A stretch of DNA of 64,000 nt, taken from assembly GCA_035250975.1 (NCBI GenBank), contig DATFEP010000014.1:32001-96000 (forward strand), read 5' to 3'. Positions 33,221 through 44,526 of the stretch are shown here, piece by piece. The position numbers and the translations under genes are program-made. Each line of letters starts with the position of its first letter. Positions within the stretch are counted from its first letter, which is position 1. This DNA comes from Nitrososphaeraceae archaeon. GTDB taxonomy: Archaea; Thermoproteota; Nitrososphaeria; Nitrososphaerales; Nitrososphaeraceae. The notes beneath the pieces were generated by a model. That model saw only the letters and a list, made by a program, of their open reading frames with translations. It was not told where the DNA came from and made no database searches.

Positions 33221-36200
33221 CTATTTTTCAGTTTTCCTTGGTTTGTAGATAATATCCTTATATCTATCCAATTCATGTAAGCTGTCTCCAAGTCTTTTTT
33301 CATTTTTAATAAACAGCAGTGTAGTTAAAATTAATCCAATTACTATCAACGGACCGAATACATCACCAAATCTTACTTTAGAAATATCTATACCAAATAT
33401 GTTGGTTAGCCTTTTATCTTTATTCTTATCAGATTTTATTGATAAGGTCTTTTCGTCAGTAGTTGATTGAACATTTGATGGATTAAAAGTTGTTGTGATC
33501 TTTCCCAAGGCATTACCCCTCTGTTCTGCAAACCATATTTCACCATCAGAATCAGAAATGACGTATTGAGCAAAGGATCCTTTTTTGGGTATATTGACAT
33601 TCATCGTCTCTCCTGTTTCTGGTTCCAATACTGCTAAGGTGTCTGAAACATGCTGGGCTATCCATAAATTGTCATATTTATCAGATGCGATTCCAAAAGC
33701 GAGTCCGTTTACATCAGTTAGTTTATATTTTGTAAATGTTTCTAAAAACGAATTAAAATGTAATATCATATTATTTTTATGGTCACTAATAAATAAATTT
33801 GAAGTCAGAGGATCTAAGAACAAGAAAGTAGGTTCTGACATAACTTTAACATCAGAGGACATATCATATGGATATTCTGTGATATTGTTGGTCCGAGCAT
33901 CTATTTTCCCTAGTTTACCAGCAGATTCAACAAACCAGATACTCTCGTTATCTTTATCAAAGAGCAAGTTGAGAGGTCTAGAATCCTTAGTTGGAATGAT
34001 CAGTGATTCAAATTTATTATTCTTCGAATCATATTTTAAAATAGAATTATTTTGAATATTACTTAACCAAAGATTCTGATTATCGTCTATTGCTATGCCA
34101 GATATAACACCTTCTTCTGGAATTTCAATACTAATATACTGTCTAGTAACTATATCATATTTTCCAATCATATTGGAAGTTGGATCGATAAACCACAATA
34201 TGTTGTTATCATGGGGGTCAAAAACAGACAAAGTAATAAGATTGGTTCCATTTATCCTATGTTTGGTAAAGGTTTTAGTATCTAAATGAAATTCCCACAG
34301 TTGTCCACTACCAGGTTTAGTATCGCCTACCCAAATTGAATTACTTTGAGGATGATAAACTGGATATAATGGGAGAGTATCAACTGGAAATTTATATTCT
34401 GTTACGTTGAATTTGAGGTCATTCAATTTTGGTTTTATATCTATATTAAAGGAAGATACAGTGTTTGGAATACCTGCTTTCGACGTTTTTCCCTGTAACT
34501 CCACATTCCATAATCCCAATGTACTGAATGGAATATTTCCAGAGAATACACCGTTAGAATCTTTATTCATTTCGACCTGGATCGGTCCTATACCTTTTTC
34601 GAGCTGGAATAATTTGACTGTGGCCGCCTCTATGTTTGTATCTACCTTTCCATCTGAAGTTGCAAAGGATGCCGATAACCTGTTTTCACCTAGTCTGGCG
34701 GGATCTAAAGTAACAGAGATCTTTTGATCATTTGAATAAAGAGTGCTTAAAAATACGTTACTATCTTGTACAGTAGATCTTGTATTATAAATATTTTCAT
34801 CATAATTTGATAATTGAAGGGAAGAGAATTCTCCCGAAGGTAGTACCATGTTAGCCATCAAAGAAACGGTAAATAAAAGGAGTATACCGATACAAGATTC
34901 TATTTTTAGACTTGATGAAAATTTATTTAGAATTAGAGAGTTTACAGGTATCGGATCCACACCTCCAACTGATTTCACTAAAACAGTATTGATCTTTTTC
35001 TGGGTAACAAATTGGTGATAAGATCCTAAAGCTATCATTATTGAAGCCAAAATTATTTTACAAATCAAGATTTTTCCATAAAGAGAAGAAAGAATAATTG
35101 GAAAATTGTTTTCAAGAGAATATAACAATGACGGTCCAGTAATTACTGTGAGTGCAATGGTCGGTAGAATAATTCTTGAAAATCTAGGAATAATAATAGA
35201 TATCAATTTTATCTTTAGTTCTTCGAAATTAACGGAAGAGAGTGTAGGTACTAATATAAATGACAGAAAAATGAGACCTCCAATCCATATAGAAGCTAAA
35301 ATTATATGAAAATAATCTACCAATAACGGGACAAAATTGTCTAGAGCTGCAGCATGGGAAATCAGACTGTGAGTAAAAAGAAGGATGAATCCAAAAATCA
35401 TAATATATGTGATATTTCTTGTATTTAAATCGGATTGCTTTTTATTTTTTCTATATAGAAATACGAGGAAAGCCAACAGGATTGTTGATAAAATGAGTCT
35501 GACAAGAACCATTGTTCCAAATTCAGTAGATATTACATCGGCAATTGTTCCACCTATTGATATTGCTTGAAAAAGCATCAGCAAAATAATAGAAAAAATA
35601 ACAAGCGAAGCTGAAATTATACATAATATCAGCAATTTTCTTTTGACAGTAAAAATATCTAATTGAAGAGTCTCAATTAGCCATTTAAATTTTTTAATAG
35701 GTCTTGTTATCCATAAGAAAATAAGAGGTGCTCCAATCAGAACTACGTGACCAACATAACCCAAAATATTTGCCAAAGAATTTTCAATTGACAATAGATC
35801 GAGTAGATTTTTTGAAGTAATATTTCCTTGATCAAATGTGACTCCTCCCTTTCCAATATTGAATACAACTGAATTATCTACCACATGTCCATCTACCGCA
35901 GAGAGAACTTTAGTTACGACAGTATAGGTTCCTGAAGTCAGATTTTCATTCAATGGGATACTTAATGATGCTAAATCACCGTTTACATTAGATGGCGTTC
36001 CACTATCCACTCGATTTCCCCCAGAGTCCAAAACGGAGATCTGACTGAACTTCAACACTATTGGTTCACTAAAAAAAACAGAGGCGTCATTTGGTGCTGA
36101 ATCAAGTGATTGGAATTGTTTTGGGTTAGAATCTATAATGACTGGATGTGCTGAGGCCTCACAGGTAAGTCCTGCCAATACCATAATTGAAAGGGTAAAA

Positions 36201-36235
36201 ACTATGATATGTAAATATTGTAAATTTTTAATCAA
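33221..36235 (-). CDS. CopC-CopD-YtkA-like-Vgb-type beta-propeller fusion (copper handling)
   Basis: ASA|HP...VLSAVDGH (CopC); SHAAA, FHIILASIWIGG, RFS, TG, YG-x-IL-x-x-K (CopD); propeller repeats such as G-x-IWFAEQRGNALG; C-terminal TM. Confidence 0.9.
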   Translation of the reverse strand: MIKNLQYLHIIVFTLSIMVLAGLTCEASAHPVIIDSNPKQFQSLDSAPNDASVFFSEPIVLKFSQISVLDSGGNRVDSGTPSNVNGDLASLSIPLNENLTSGTYTVVTKVLSAVDGHVVDNSVVFNIGKGGVTFDQGNITSKNLLDLLSIENSLANILGYVGHVVLIGAPLIFLWITRPIKKFKWLIETLQLDIFTVKRKLLILCIISASLVIFSIILLMLFQAISIGGTIADVISTEFGTMVLVRLILSTILLAFLVFLYRKNKKQSDLNTRNITYIMIFGFILLFTHSLISHAAALDNFVPLLVDYFHIILASIWIGGLIFLSFILVPTLSSVNFEELKIKLISIIIPRFSRIILPTIALTVITGPSLLYSLENNFPIILSSLYGKILICKIILASIMIALGSYHQFVTQKKINTVLVKSVGGVDPIPVNSLILNKFSSSLKIESCIGILLLFTVSLMANMVLPSGEFSSLQLSNYDENIYNTRSTVQDSNVFLSTLYSNDQKISVTLDPARLGENRLSASFATSDGKVDTNIEAATVKLFQLEKGIGPIQVEMNKDSNGVFSGNIPFSTLGLWNVELQGKTSKAGIPNTVSSFNIDIKPKLNDLKFNVTEYKFPVDTLPLYPVYHPQSNSIWVGDTKPGSGQLWEFHLDTKTFTKHRINGTNLITLSVFDPHDNNILWFIDPTSNMIGKYDIVTRQYISIEIPEEGVISGIAIDDNQNLWLSNIQNNSILKYDSKNNKFESLIIPTKDSRPLNLLFDKDNESIWFVESAGKLGKIDARTNNITEYPYDMSSDVKVMSEPTFLFLDPLTSNLFISDHKNNMILHFNSFLETFTKYKLTDVNGLAFGIASDKYDNLWIAQHVSDTLAVLEPETGETMNVNIPKKGSFAQYVISDSDGEIWFAEQRGNALGKITTTFNPSNVQSTTDEKTLSIKSDKNKDKRLTNIFGIDISKVRFGDVFGPLIVIGLILTTLLFIKNEKRLGDSLHELDRYKDIIYKPRKTEK

Positions 36236-36419
36236 ATACAGGTAATAGAGATAACTAAATGTTATAATAAATTTGTGGAAAAAATTTATTACAAGCCAAA
36301 CAACGACATAATTTGTATAAAAGCCCTCCTTTTGACTAAAACTCTGATTTTGTTGAACAAAGAAATTATAGTATCATCTTATATCTTGTAAATAATGACA
36401 AGTATTAAAACAAAAAAAA

Positions 36420-37184
36420 TTATTGAAGGTTAAATTTAGACGTAATCTGATCTATCGGTTGAAAAACTAAACTAGTAATAGTTATTTCTGCATAAGGAGA
36501 TTTGTAGATATCATGGAATTTGTAAGATGATTGTTCAACTCCCCATCCAGAATGTAGTGGAAATCCCTGGAATATAGTTTTACCATCCATATCCTTTATG
36601 GCAAAGATATAATCTACATGTTCATAGTTGTTCTTACTCTTAGAATTAGTGAAAATAATTTTGAAATTTACAGTATTATTTTTTATATCCTTTGGTGTCC
36701 AAGTTAAATCTACATTCACACCATTCAAATCTTTCTTTATAGCATTATCCAGATCATCTGTAACTTTAACTATACCTTTCATCCAAGGAAATTTTGGAGA
36801 GCTGAAGGTAAATATTCCTAGTTCTTCAAATTTATGTTCAAAGGCTTCATTTGGTGGGATTTTTCCAGATCGTGCTAATGTTATATTATCTTGAGATATA
36901 GCTATTTCATGTGAAATATTGTCTGCGTTATTCCATGCTATGGAGGTACCGACCTCTACGGGATAATATGTGATATCGAAGAATCTTTCCCTATTTTGAT
37001 CACTTGATCCAGGAATTATTGTGATAATTTCTTCGGCAGTGACATTGTTAATACTGAAAAAGATACTGGTAAGTGATATGAACAAGATAACGATTAAAGT
37101 GGGGTTTTCGTACATACTGAGGATTCGCAGATTATGTATATTTTTAGCTTTCTTTTGCTGACGCTCTTTGAAATATACAGGCAC
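36420..37184 (-). CDS. Cupredoxin-fold secreted protein lacking Cys/His ligands, plus C-terminal beta domain
   Basis: VGTSIAWNNADNISH...FEELGIFTFSSPKFPWMKG; EHVDY. Confidence 0.75.
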   Translation of the reverse strand: MPVYFKERQQKKAKNIHNLRILSMYENPTLIVILFISLTSIFFSINNVTAEEIITIIPGSSDQNRERFFDITYYPVEVGTSIAWNNADNISHEIAISQDNITLARSGKIPPNEAFEHKFEELGIFTFSSPKFPWMKGIVKVTDDLDNAIKKDLNGVNVDLTWTPKDIKNNTVNFKIIFTNSKSKNNYEHVDYIFAIKDMDGKTIFQGFPLHSGWGVEQSSYKFHDIYKSPYAEITITSLVFQPIDQITSKFNLQ

Positions 37185-37234
37185 ATTAAAATATTATTAT
37201 GGTTTACATTAAAATAATAATTAACATTTTTTTC

Positions 37235-37725
37235 ATGTATAAAACAATTTTTTTAATTTTGCTATTTTTATTTATGTTGAGCGTCAGCGATTTCCATATG
37301 GTTAATTCCGATATACCTGAAAATGCTCCAAATGTAGTTGTAAAAGAATAGGACAAGTATAAAGTACTTTTCTTAGCCTATCCAAAAGAACCTATTAAAG
37401 GTACAACACTACATTACTAAATTTCAATATTGTAGATGAAAATCGTGATCTTAAAAATATTTATTCTTCTGTTATTATTTCAAACAAGAAAAATGGTTCG
37501 ATAGTATCTCAAACACCCTTTAAATTTTATGTGGTAAGCGATCTTAGCGTTCCATAAATGTTCCTTAACGAAGGAGATTATATCGTATCTTTACTAACAA
37601 AAATAAATGGTGATCCAAAGTATGAGTCAAGTCCAATAATAGCAAACTTTGATCTAAAAGTCAGAGATAAAAAAACAGAGTCAAGTGATAGTTTACTGAA
37701 TAAAATTTTGGGATATTTCAAATGA
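37235..37725 (+). pseudogene. Disrupted secreted/membrane beta-sandwich protein divergent from the copper genes
   Basis: MYKTIFLILLFLFML...VVKE*DKYKVLFLAYPKEP [frameshift] LLNFNIVDE...PFKFY...VP*MFLNEGDYIV...IANFDLKV...LGYFK*. Confidence 0.65.
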
Positions 37726-38260
37726 TAAATTTTAGAGTTATTGAAATCAAATTAATAAACAAAAAAAGATATGGGATTTAACAGTTATAAATTTACAAAG
37801 ATTAGTCTTTAATATCACATACGGTATAACATAATTTCCTTAATCTATTGTTCATTATACTTTACAATATGCAGATTGAATGTTGTTGTTCTATAATTAA
37901 TGCAAAATTGTGTCTTTTAGACAACCAAACTTAGGATAATAAGTACAAAGTAAATAGTTGCTGCACTTGACAAATTGGAAAATATTGCTATAAAAGATAA
38001 TAAGCAAGATGTAATATCTTTTATTGCAGATCTAAAGAGCCATGGAATGAACGAAGAAAAAGTAAGATATGCTACCACGATAGCTATATGGGAGATTACT
38101 TGAGTTAAAGGAAAAAAACAACAGATACTCTAATAATCCTCTTTATTCCTAACTATTTTTATAAAACCAACGAGATTACACCAACATTAAACCATGCTGG
38201 CTTAATCCTGTGTTCATGAATTACCTATAGATTTTTTTAATTTATCATTTATTTATTTAT

Positions 38261-38854
38261 TTATTTGTTTTTCATCCATTCTCTTTCTTCCAAGTATTCA
38301 ATAAGTATTATCATTTCTTGTATTCTTACTTCGCCCCCAGCTTGATTTTTGCATACCTCATAATGCTTCAGTAACATTTCATTTTCCTTATCTGATATTA
38401 CGTTTCTTTCATCTATTAGGTCAAAGAATTTATCCTCTTTTCCTGTATGGTCATCGATAAATAGTGCGTATGATTTTAAGAATCTGGCTACTGGCTCCAG
38501 GGTTGTCATGATGTGTTTATTTGTTTCTGTTGATGTTTCTTTCATATTCTTTTTCCATTCATTTAATTCTCTCCTTAACATAGTTGCTATCCTTCTTCCA
38601 AATTCATGTTCAATCAAGAATTTTCGAACATCCTCTGCAAATCCATTCTTATCTTTTGTATCAGGAAAAAATGCTTTCTCTTCTTTCCCATGATGAAAAT
38701 GATCTACAAATTCTTCTATTATTACAGAAATAATTTCTATATCCTCTATTGGCACATACTGGTTCGCATATAATTTGTTTGAACATTTTTGAGCAATGTC
38801 TTTGACTCTTCTTAGCGTAATATGATCATTCTTGAGGTTCTGTGTTGCATTCAT
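38261..38854 (-). CDS. Hemerythrin (HHE) domain protein
   Basis: L-x-x-DH, HHGKEE-x-x-x-FP, EH-x-x-GR, HTGKED. Confidence 0.9.
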   Translation of the reverse strand: MNATQNLKNDHITLRRVKDIAQKCSNKLYANQYVPIEDIEIISVIIEEFVDHFHHGKEEKAFFPDTKDKNGFAEDVRKFLIEHEFGRRIATMLRRELNEWKKNMKETSTETNKHIMTTLEPVARFLKSYALFIDDHTGKEDKFFDLIDERNVISDKENEMLLKHYEVCKNQAGGEVRIQEMIILIEYLEEREWMKNK

Positions 38855-39377
38855 CTTTAGAATATATCAAATACTGCAGTAATAAATTTGAATTACTTGT
38901 GATAACAATAAAGCAACAAGATATGGTAGAGAGAAAGATGTAAAGCAAAGTATGATGACAAAAAGGAAAGAAGGAGGATACAGATCCTAACTTTTTAGGA
39001 AATATGTGTCTTACCAAGATATCTCTTTCCTATCACTTTATAACTTTCTCATTTTTCGTTGTTGATTCCACTTTTATCCGAAAGATTGAATTTTATATTT
39101 CTTGGATTCCTTAATATTGTTGAGAGCTGAATATCGCCGTTAGTGGTGGGGGCAAGAACTTCATTTGGATAACGTTTGCCGATCTGTAAGAATATCTTGA
39201 GCGAAGGTAAAGATTAGAGATAAAATCAGTTATAAAATCAGTTATAATATTACAATGTGAACATTTTTCTTTAATACGTTGGTTATTTTTAAATATTTGA
39301 TAAAACTGTGCGAATGTTTCTAATAAAGAGACAAGTAATTGTAAATGATCGTTCAAGTACACAATTAATATATATTT

Positions 39378-39971
39378 TCAAATCTCAACTTCAATATTTA
39401 ATAACTCTCTTAAAATAATCAAACATCTATTTGTGAGATTTCTATTAGTCGTAAAGAATCCTCTATATCGGCCTGGTTTGAACTCTTCTGCAACTAAAGC
39501 ACAACCTTCATCACTGGCAATAGCTATTATGACCCAATTGTTTTCTAACCCTGACTCAGTAAAATCTATGATCTCAACATTTGATAAATTTGTTCCTTGC
39601 GCCAATCCTTGCCCTCCTATCAAATATGTTTTTTTTGACAACGGAGAAATAGTAGCATATTGTTCTGCTACAGAATTAAAATTACTTCTTCTTTGAAACA
39701 ACGATAACAAGACAAATTTATTAAATGGTGGTTTTATGCGTAAAATATTTTCTAGTCCTTTACTTAGTACAAGCATGTTTTTTCTTGATGTAGTATAAAA
39801 ACATTCATGCCAGCTATCTGGTGCTACAAAGTAATTATTAGGATAATTTAGAGTATTATTGTAATCAGCTTGAATCTGTTCATCAGGAATATTTTTTCCT
39901 TTAAAATCTGATATTAATTGTGTAAAAGGGCTAAGATTAGATGAACTTGTTGTGTTATGAATTTTAGACAT
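39378..39971 (-). CDS. Stand-alone DICT sensory domain protein
   Basis: SRKNMLVLSKGLE, FQRRSNF, Y-x-x-I, L-x-x-NW-x-II, ALVAEE, GFFT. Confidence 0.75.
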   Translation of the reverse strand: MSKIHNTTSSSNLSPFTQLISDFKGKNIPDEQIQADYNNTLNYPNNYFVAPDSWHECFYTTSRKNMLVLSKGLENILRIKPPFNKFVLLSLFQRRSNFNSVAEQYATISPLSKKTYLIGGQGLAQGTNLSNVEIIDFTESGLENNWVIIAIASDEGCALVAEEFKPGRYRGFFTTNRNLTNRCLIILRELLNIEVEI

Positions 39972-40664
39972 AGGAAAAATATAGTAATATCTCTAGCATA
40001 TTAGGATTTCCTAAATTTATTAACATTATGCTAAATGCAAAAGAATTTGACAAGAAAAGGATCCTTGAGATATTTTATTTTTTTTGATTCTATGTAATAA
40101 ACCTAATTTAACATTAAATAAATATTTTTGAGATATATAAATCAAAGTGAATTAGGATTATTAATTGATACAAATACATTTTTTTAGACCTCTTGGGAAA
40201 AAATGGTAAAAGTGACTAAATGAAATTAAATTATATTTAAAACAATAGATGATTTGACCCTGTTGCATACATCTAAGAATGTTTCTGTAAAATCCTTAGA
40301 GCTAGCGATAATCAAAAGAATCTTCAGGCTTCATCTTTTGTTATATTCTTAATCCGTTTTCTTGCAGCTGTAAATTTAACAAAAAGATGTTCTATCTTTA
40401 TACGATTCGGTCTAAATAACTGTGAATTGAAGCTACATAAGCATTAAGATATATCGGTTCTTATATATGGCGTGGGAAAAATTATATCGTAATATAGCAA
40501 TTTGACTTGCGCATGGTCATTTAATAGGAATTTATTTTATAAAGGTTATATTTTTCTACCGCTGCAATTAACATTATGTCTTACAAAAAGAAATTATATT
40601 AGGTCTAGAAGTGTCATAGAATAACTAGGTGTTGTTATAATAATATTAAAAATTGTATTATAAA

Positions 40665-41435
40665 TTATTTTATCGTTAATATGTAAGTGGTCGTGTAATT
40701 CCAACCTACAGGTCCTGCAAATTCGTCTTTGTCTGAACTGCCATTTGTTTCATCATTTTTAGTTTTAATGTTTCCCTTAAATTTAAGTTCATAATCACCA
40801 GGATATAGAGGTTTTAAAAATACCCAAATTCCGTCAGAAACCGCTTGAGTAGTTTGTGATGGTAAATCTAAAATGTTCTTTTCAGGTAAAGTAAAATTAA
40901 AAATATCTGATTGAATGCGATAATTTTCTAGATTTGATATTTTTACACTGTCAAGTGTTGCAAACTCTGAAAATGTTGTATCTTGAATTTTTTTAGCGCA
41001 GGTACTTAATTCCTCTTTTGTTTTCATATTTGGGTACTCAGCAAATGAACATTCAGAATTTAATATAGGAAATAGTATACCTACACCAAAAGGGATTTCA
41101 CAATATCTAATAACTGAGTGTTGATAAGTACCTGGGAAAAACCAGACAGGTTCTTTCTGACCCTCTTTACAGAATTTTCCAGTATCATCATATGCTGGAT
41201 GAATATTTTGTGGAATTGAATATGCCCATTGCCACCATTTTTCAGTCCATTGTGGATATGTAAGATTAAAAGGACTTGAATCAGACTCAAAAACTAAATT
41301 AGCTACATCCAAATTCGTATTATTTGTTTTAGTAGTTTGATTAGAAGGGCCTTCACTATACGAAACCAAATTATTTGAATCTAGTAGAATTATAATTGTA
41401 ATAAATGAACTTAGAAGTAAGATAAATTTTATCAT
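40665..41435 (-). CDS. Conserved secreted hypothetical protein
   Basis: WWQWAYSIP, PVWF, C-x-IP, ILFPILNSECS, AVSDG-x-WVFLKPL-x-PG. Confidence 0.8.
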   Translation of the reverse strand: MIKFILLLSSFITIIILLDSNNLVSYSEGPSNQTTKTNNTNLDVANLVFESDSSPFNLTYPQWTEKWWQWAYSIPQNIHPAYDDTGKFCKEGQKEPVWFFPGTYQHSVIRYCEIPFGVGILFPILNSECSFAEYPNMKTKEELSTCAKKIQDTTFSEFATLDSVKISNLENYRIQSDIFNFTLPEKNILDLPSQTTQAVSDGIWVFLKPLYPGDYELKFKGNIKTKNDETNGSSDKDEFAGPVGWNYTTTYILTIK

Positions 41436-41824
41436 ATTCCTATTTTTTATTTCAATATATGTTAAGAATCTTTCTCTGATGTTAATAAGATAAACTTAAA
41501 AAATAAGATGATTTTTCTTTATCATTATCATTTCTAGGATTTGTTTTTGTATATGTTGTAAATAGGATATTAAGGAGATATGCATGATACTGACTTTTAT
41601 ATCTTGCAGCTTTAATCGTAAGAGAGCTCAAAGGAGCCTTACTCTCTCCATCACTGCATCGAATATTACATGACGACAACAGATGGAATTAGCACTAGTT
41701 AATTCCACGGTAGTATAGACGTAAAATAATTATAAAATTTTTTTGGAAGCTAAGACTAACATAACCTAGAATTTATTTTTGATATGTGATTTGATTATTG
41801 TTATAAAGTTGAAATTAATATTAT

Positions 41825-42367
41825 ATGTATATGCATGTCATTATAAGACCAATAATTAAACTCGATAATGATATTTTAAATTTTTTAATAGGCGCCTTGT
41901 CAAAGGAATTTGATTATGCCAATGTTACTGTTAGTAATACACCAAAAATCGATATTGAAGAATTTATTGATCGCAGAAGAAATCAAATAAGATCATCTGA
42001 ATTGTTATATTGGGTATTAGAAAAAATGAAACCGACAAGAGAAACGAAGATTCTAATCATTTGTGATATGTATGCCTATACAGTAGATTTGAACTTTGTA
42101 TTCGGAGAAGCCTATATAGGTGGAAGAGCTGCTGTTATATGTCTTCCTAGGTTAAGACAAGAATTCTATCATCTTAAACCTGATGAACTAGTATTTCGCG
42201 ATAGAATTGTAAAAGAAGCAATCCATGAATTAGGTCATTCATTTGGTTTATATCATTGCGCAAATAAAAAATGTGTTATGCATTTTAGTAATTCATTACC
42301 AGATACTGATTTCAAACAAAGAAGCTTTTGTCCAAATTGCAGGAATAATTTACAATATAAAGACTGA
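41825..42367 (+). CDS. amzA: Archaemetzincin (peptidase M54)
   Basis: LNFVFGEA, HELGHSFGLYHC-x-x-x-x-CVM-x-FSNS, FCPNC. Confidence 0.93.
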   Translation: MYMHVIIRPIIKLDNDILNFLIGALSKEFDYANVTVSNTPKIDIEEFIDRRRNQIRSSELLYWVLEKMKPTRETKILIICDMYAYTVDLNFVFGEAYIGGRAAVICLPRLRQEFYHLKPDELVFRDRIVKEAIHELGHSFGLYHCANKKCVMHFSNSLPDTDFKQRSFCPNCRNNLQYKD

Positions 42368-42621
42368 GAGCATTGTTCTGTTTATTCACCTTTCAAGCCA
42401 AATAACATAAATCATAAATAGAATATTTACAACTAAATAGTTTTTTGTTTAAATTAAAAATGTTGTATTAATCTATTAAATCCTATTTTATTTTTAAATT
42501 TGTAACTTTAAGACAATTAAAATAAAAGATAAGGCATCGAAGTAAAAGAATGAATGGTCAGAAAAAAGTTGCTTTAATGGTTTTATAATTAAATTGGTTT
42601 GGTTGTAGATATATTCCTTTG

Positions 42622-44526
42622 TTAGTTAGCAATATTATTGAATATAGGTATAACAAATTTCTGATCAAACGATCTTACAAATTTTGTGAAATCTCTGATA
42701 TCGCCATCTATGCTTACTTTCTTTGCTATTATTTTGTCAAGCAGTTTCGATTTGCCGACCATAACATCTTTGAGTGTTTCTGAATCTGTAAACAATGCAA
42801 TGTTATATTCTTTAGGAAATGAGTCTTCATATTCAACAACGTCGTTTCGAATTTCCAGGGTAAAACCTTCTTCTGTATCGTTCAAATATAATCCCAAAAT
42901 CAGGTCATAATCTGGGCTTTTTGCAGGATCAAGTTTGAATATCATGTTAAAGAGAAGATCGTCAATTGATACTGTAGGAAGTATCTGATCAACTATGTTT
43001 GTACTTGGAAGTCTTTGTAACGTAGAGGCATTTATCTTACCATCAAGGATGTCTGCTTGTGTTAAATACCAATTTCTGCCCCCAGAAGTAGGATTCTCCC
43101 AGCCTAATTTTCTAAGTGCATCGGCTTTCAATAACTTGGCATCTTTATTATCTGGATAAGCGTATATAGTATAAGTAGCAAGCTCTGCTGCCCAAGAATA
43201 TTCTCGATTATCTATTGACCTCTTTACCTCATCTAATGTTGCATTCAATCCTCCAAAGCCGTTAACAATTTTTGATCCTCTTTCTTGCAGGGTAATAGGG
43301 TTAAACCAGGTAGCATCACCAGAATTCCAGCCTACTACATAGCTATATATCTGTCTTATCGCCCAAGAAAGTTCGCCGGTTTTTTCCTGTAACCAAGGAT
43401 GCTCTTTTAGATAAGGAGGAAGTTCTAGAATTTCAGTTATCTCGTCAGCATTGAACCCGTGATTGATATATCTGATGGTTTGTTGAACCAAATAAGATAT
43501 CGCATCCCTATAGGAGATCAAAATGTCCGAAACATTATCGTAACCTCTGGCAGGTAATAAGTGACTAGGTATTAGATATGTAGCATTCAGTTCTCTCATG
43601 GCATCTATTGCATCAATCCATGACTGTATATCAACATCTTCCAAACCGGACATGGAATAAAGATTTGGAAATGATTGATACACTAGATCACTTGAAAAAA
43701 GCGCTCCTTTATCTGGTATCCAAACATAAATCTGTTCAGGTGATGGTCCCGGCGCTGAAATGAGAGTAATATTTATTCCTGAATATGTCGTATCAAGTGT
43801 GTCGTTAAACAGGATATTTGGAGTAGCATAAGAGATATTCCCTAATTTCCAGTTTGGTCCCAGTCCGCTGCTTATTGAACTATCGCTTTCATTACCTTTG
43901 GGAAGTAACAATCCGCTCCAATAAAGTTCATAAATGGATTTTTGTTTTGCTATTTCTCCTATCGATGGAAAAACATTTTCAGGGAATTCGCTATTTGCTA
44001 TAATATCCAGTTGCTGTCCTTTTATCTTACTATCGTTAACAAATATTCCAGCTCCACTTACATGATCTGCTTTCCCATTCGTATAGATAAGAGCAGAAAC
44101 AGGTTTGTCGGTAATTTTTCGAAATTCAGAAAGAACCATTTTGGCTTGGTCAACAGATGAACCACTATCTATGACTAGTATGCCGTCTGTTCCTTCAAGC
44201 ATAATAATATTTGATGGACCATATCCAATAGCTGTATAGACATCAGGTGTAACTTCAACTACGCTTGGTGGTGTAAATTGTTTTATTTGTTGCAAGAGCA
44301 AAGGATTTACTGTTGTATTACTGACAGGTCCAATGAGTGTAGATGGCATAGATTCAACAGAGGATTGATTTTTGGTAATGACAGCTTCTGCAAAATAAAA
44401 GTCTGAATATAAAAATAATAAAGACAGCGCAAGTAACATCATGAAATTTGCTAAAAAAATAGTTTGTACAATAAATGATTTTTTGTGAATCATAAACAAT
44501 ATGAACATAAACAGAATCCTTGTCAT
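42622..44526 (-). CDS. Alkyl sulfatase-like (SdsA1/BDS1) MBL-fold protein with dimerisation and SCP2-like domains; metal motif degenerate
   Basis: G-x-x-VIDSG, IYTNGKADH, FPNLY, IPSH, RDAI-x-x-x-x-x-QTIR, WAAEL, RNWYL, C-terminal SCP2-like domain. Confidence 0.88.
   Translation of the reverse strand: MTRILFMFILFMIHKKSFIVQTIFLANFMMLLALSLLFLYSDFYFAEAVITKNQSSVESMPSTLIGPVSNTTVNPLLLQQIKQFTPPSVVEVTPDVYTAIGYGPSNIIMLEGTDGILVIDSGSSVDQAKMVLSEFRKITDKPVSALIYTNGKADHVSGAGIFVNDSKIKGQQLDIIANSEFPENVFPSIGEIAKQKSIYELYWSGLLLPKGNESDSSISSGLGPNWKLGNISYATPNILFNDTLDTTYSGINITLISAPGPSPEQIYVWIPDKGALFSSDLVYQSFPNLYSMSGLEDVDIQSWIDAIDAMRELNATYLIPSHLLPARGYDNVSDILISYRDAISYLVQQTIRYINHGFNADEITEILELPPYLKEHPWLQEKTGELSWAIRQIYSYVVGWNSGDATWFNPITLQERGSKIVNGFGGLNATLDEVKRSIDNREYSWAAELATYTIYAYPDNKDAKLLKADALRKLGWENPTSGGRNWYLTQADILDGKINASTLQRLPSTNIVDQILPTVSIDDLLFNMIFKLDPAKSPDYDLILGLYLNDTEEGFTLEIRNDVVEYEDSFPKEYNIALFTDSETLKDVMVGKSKLLDKIIAKKVSIDGDIRDFTKFVRSFDQKFVIPIFNNIAN

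Noticed and set aside
40250-40560. Minus-strand NRIKIEHLFVKF resembling a DDE transposase motif
   Set aside because: A single weak motif with no supporting context
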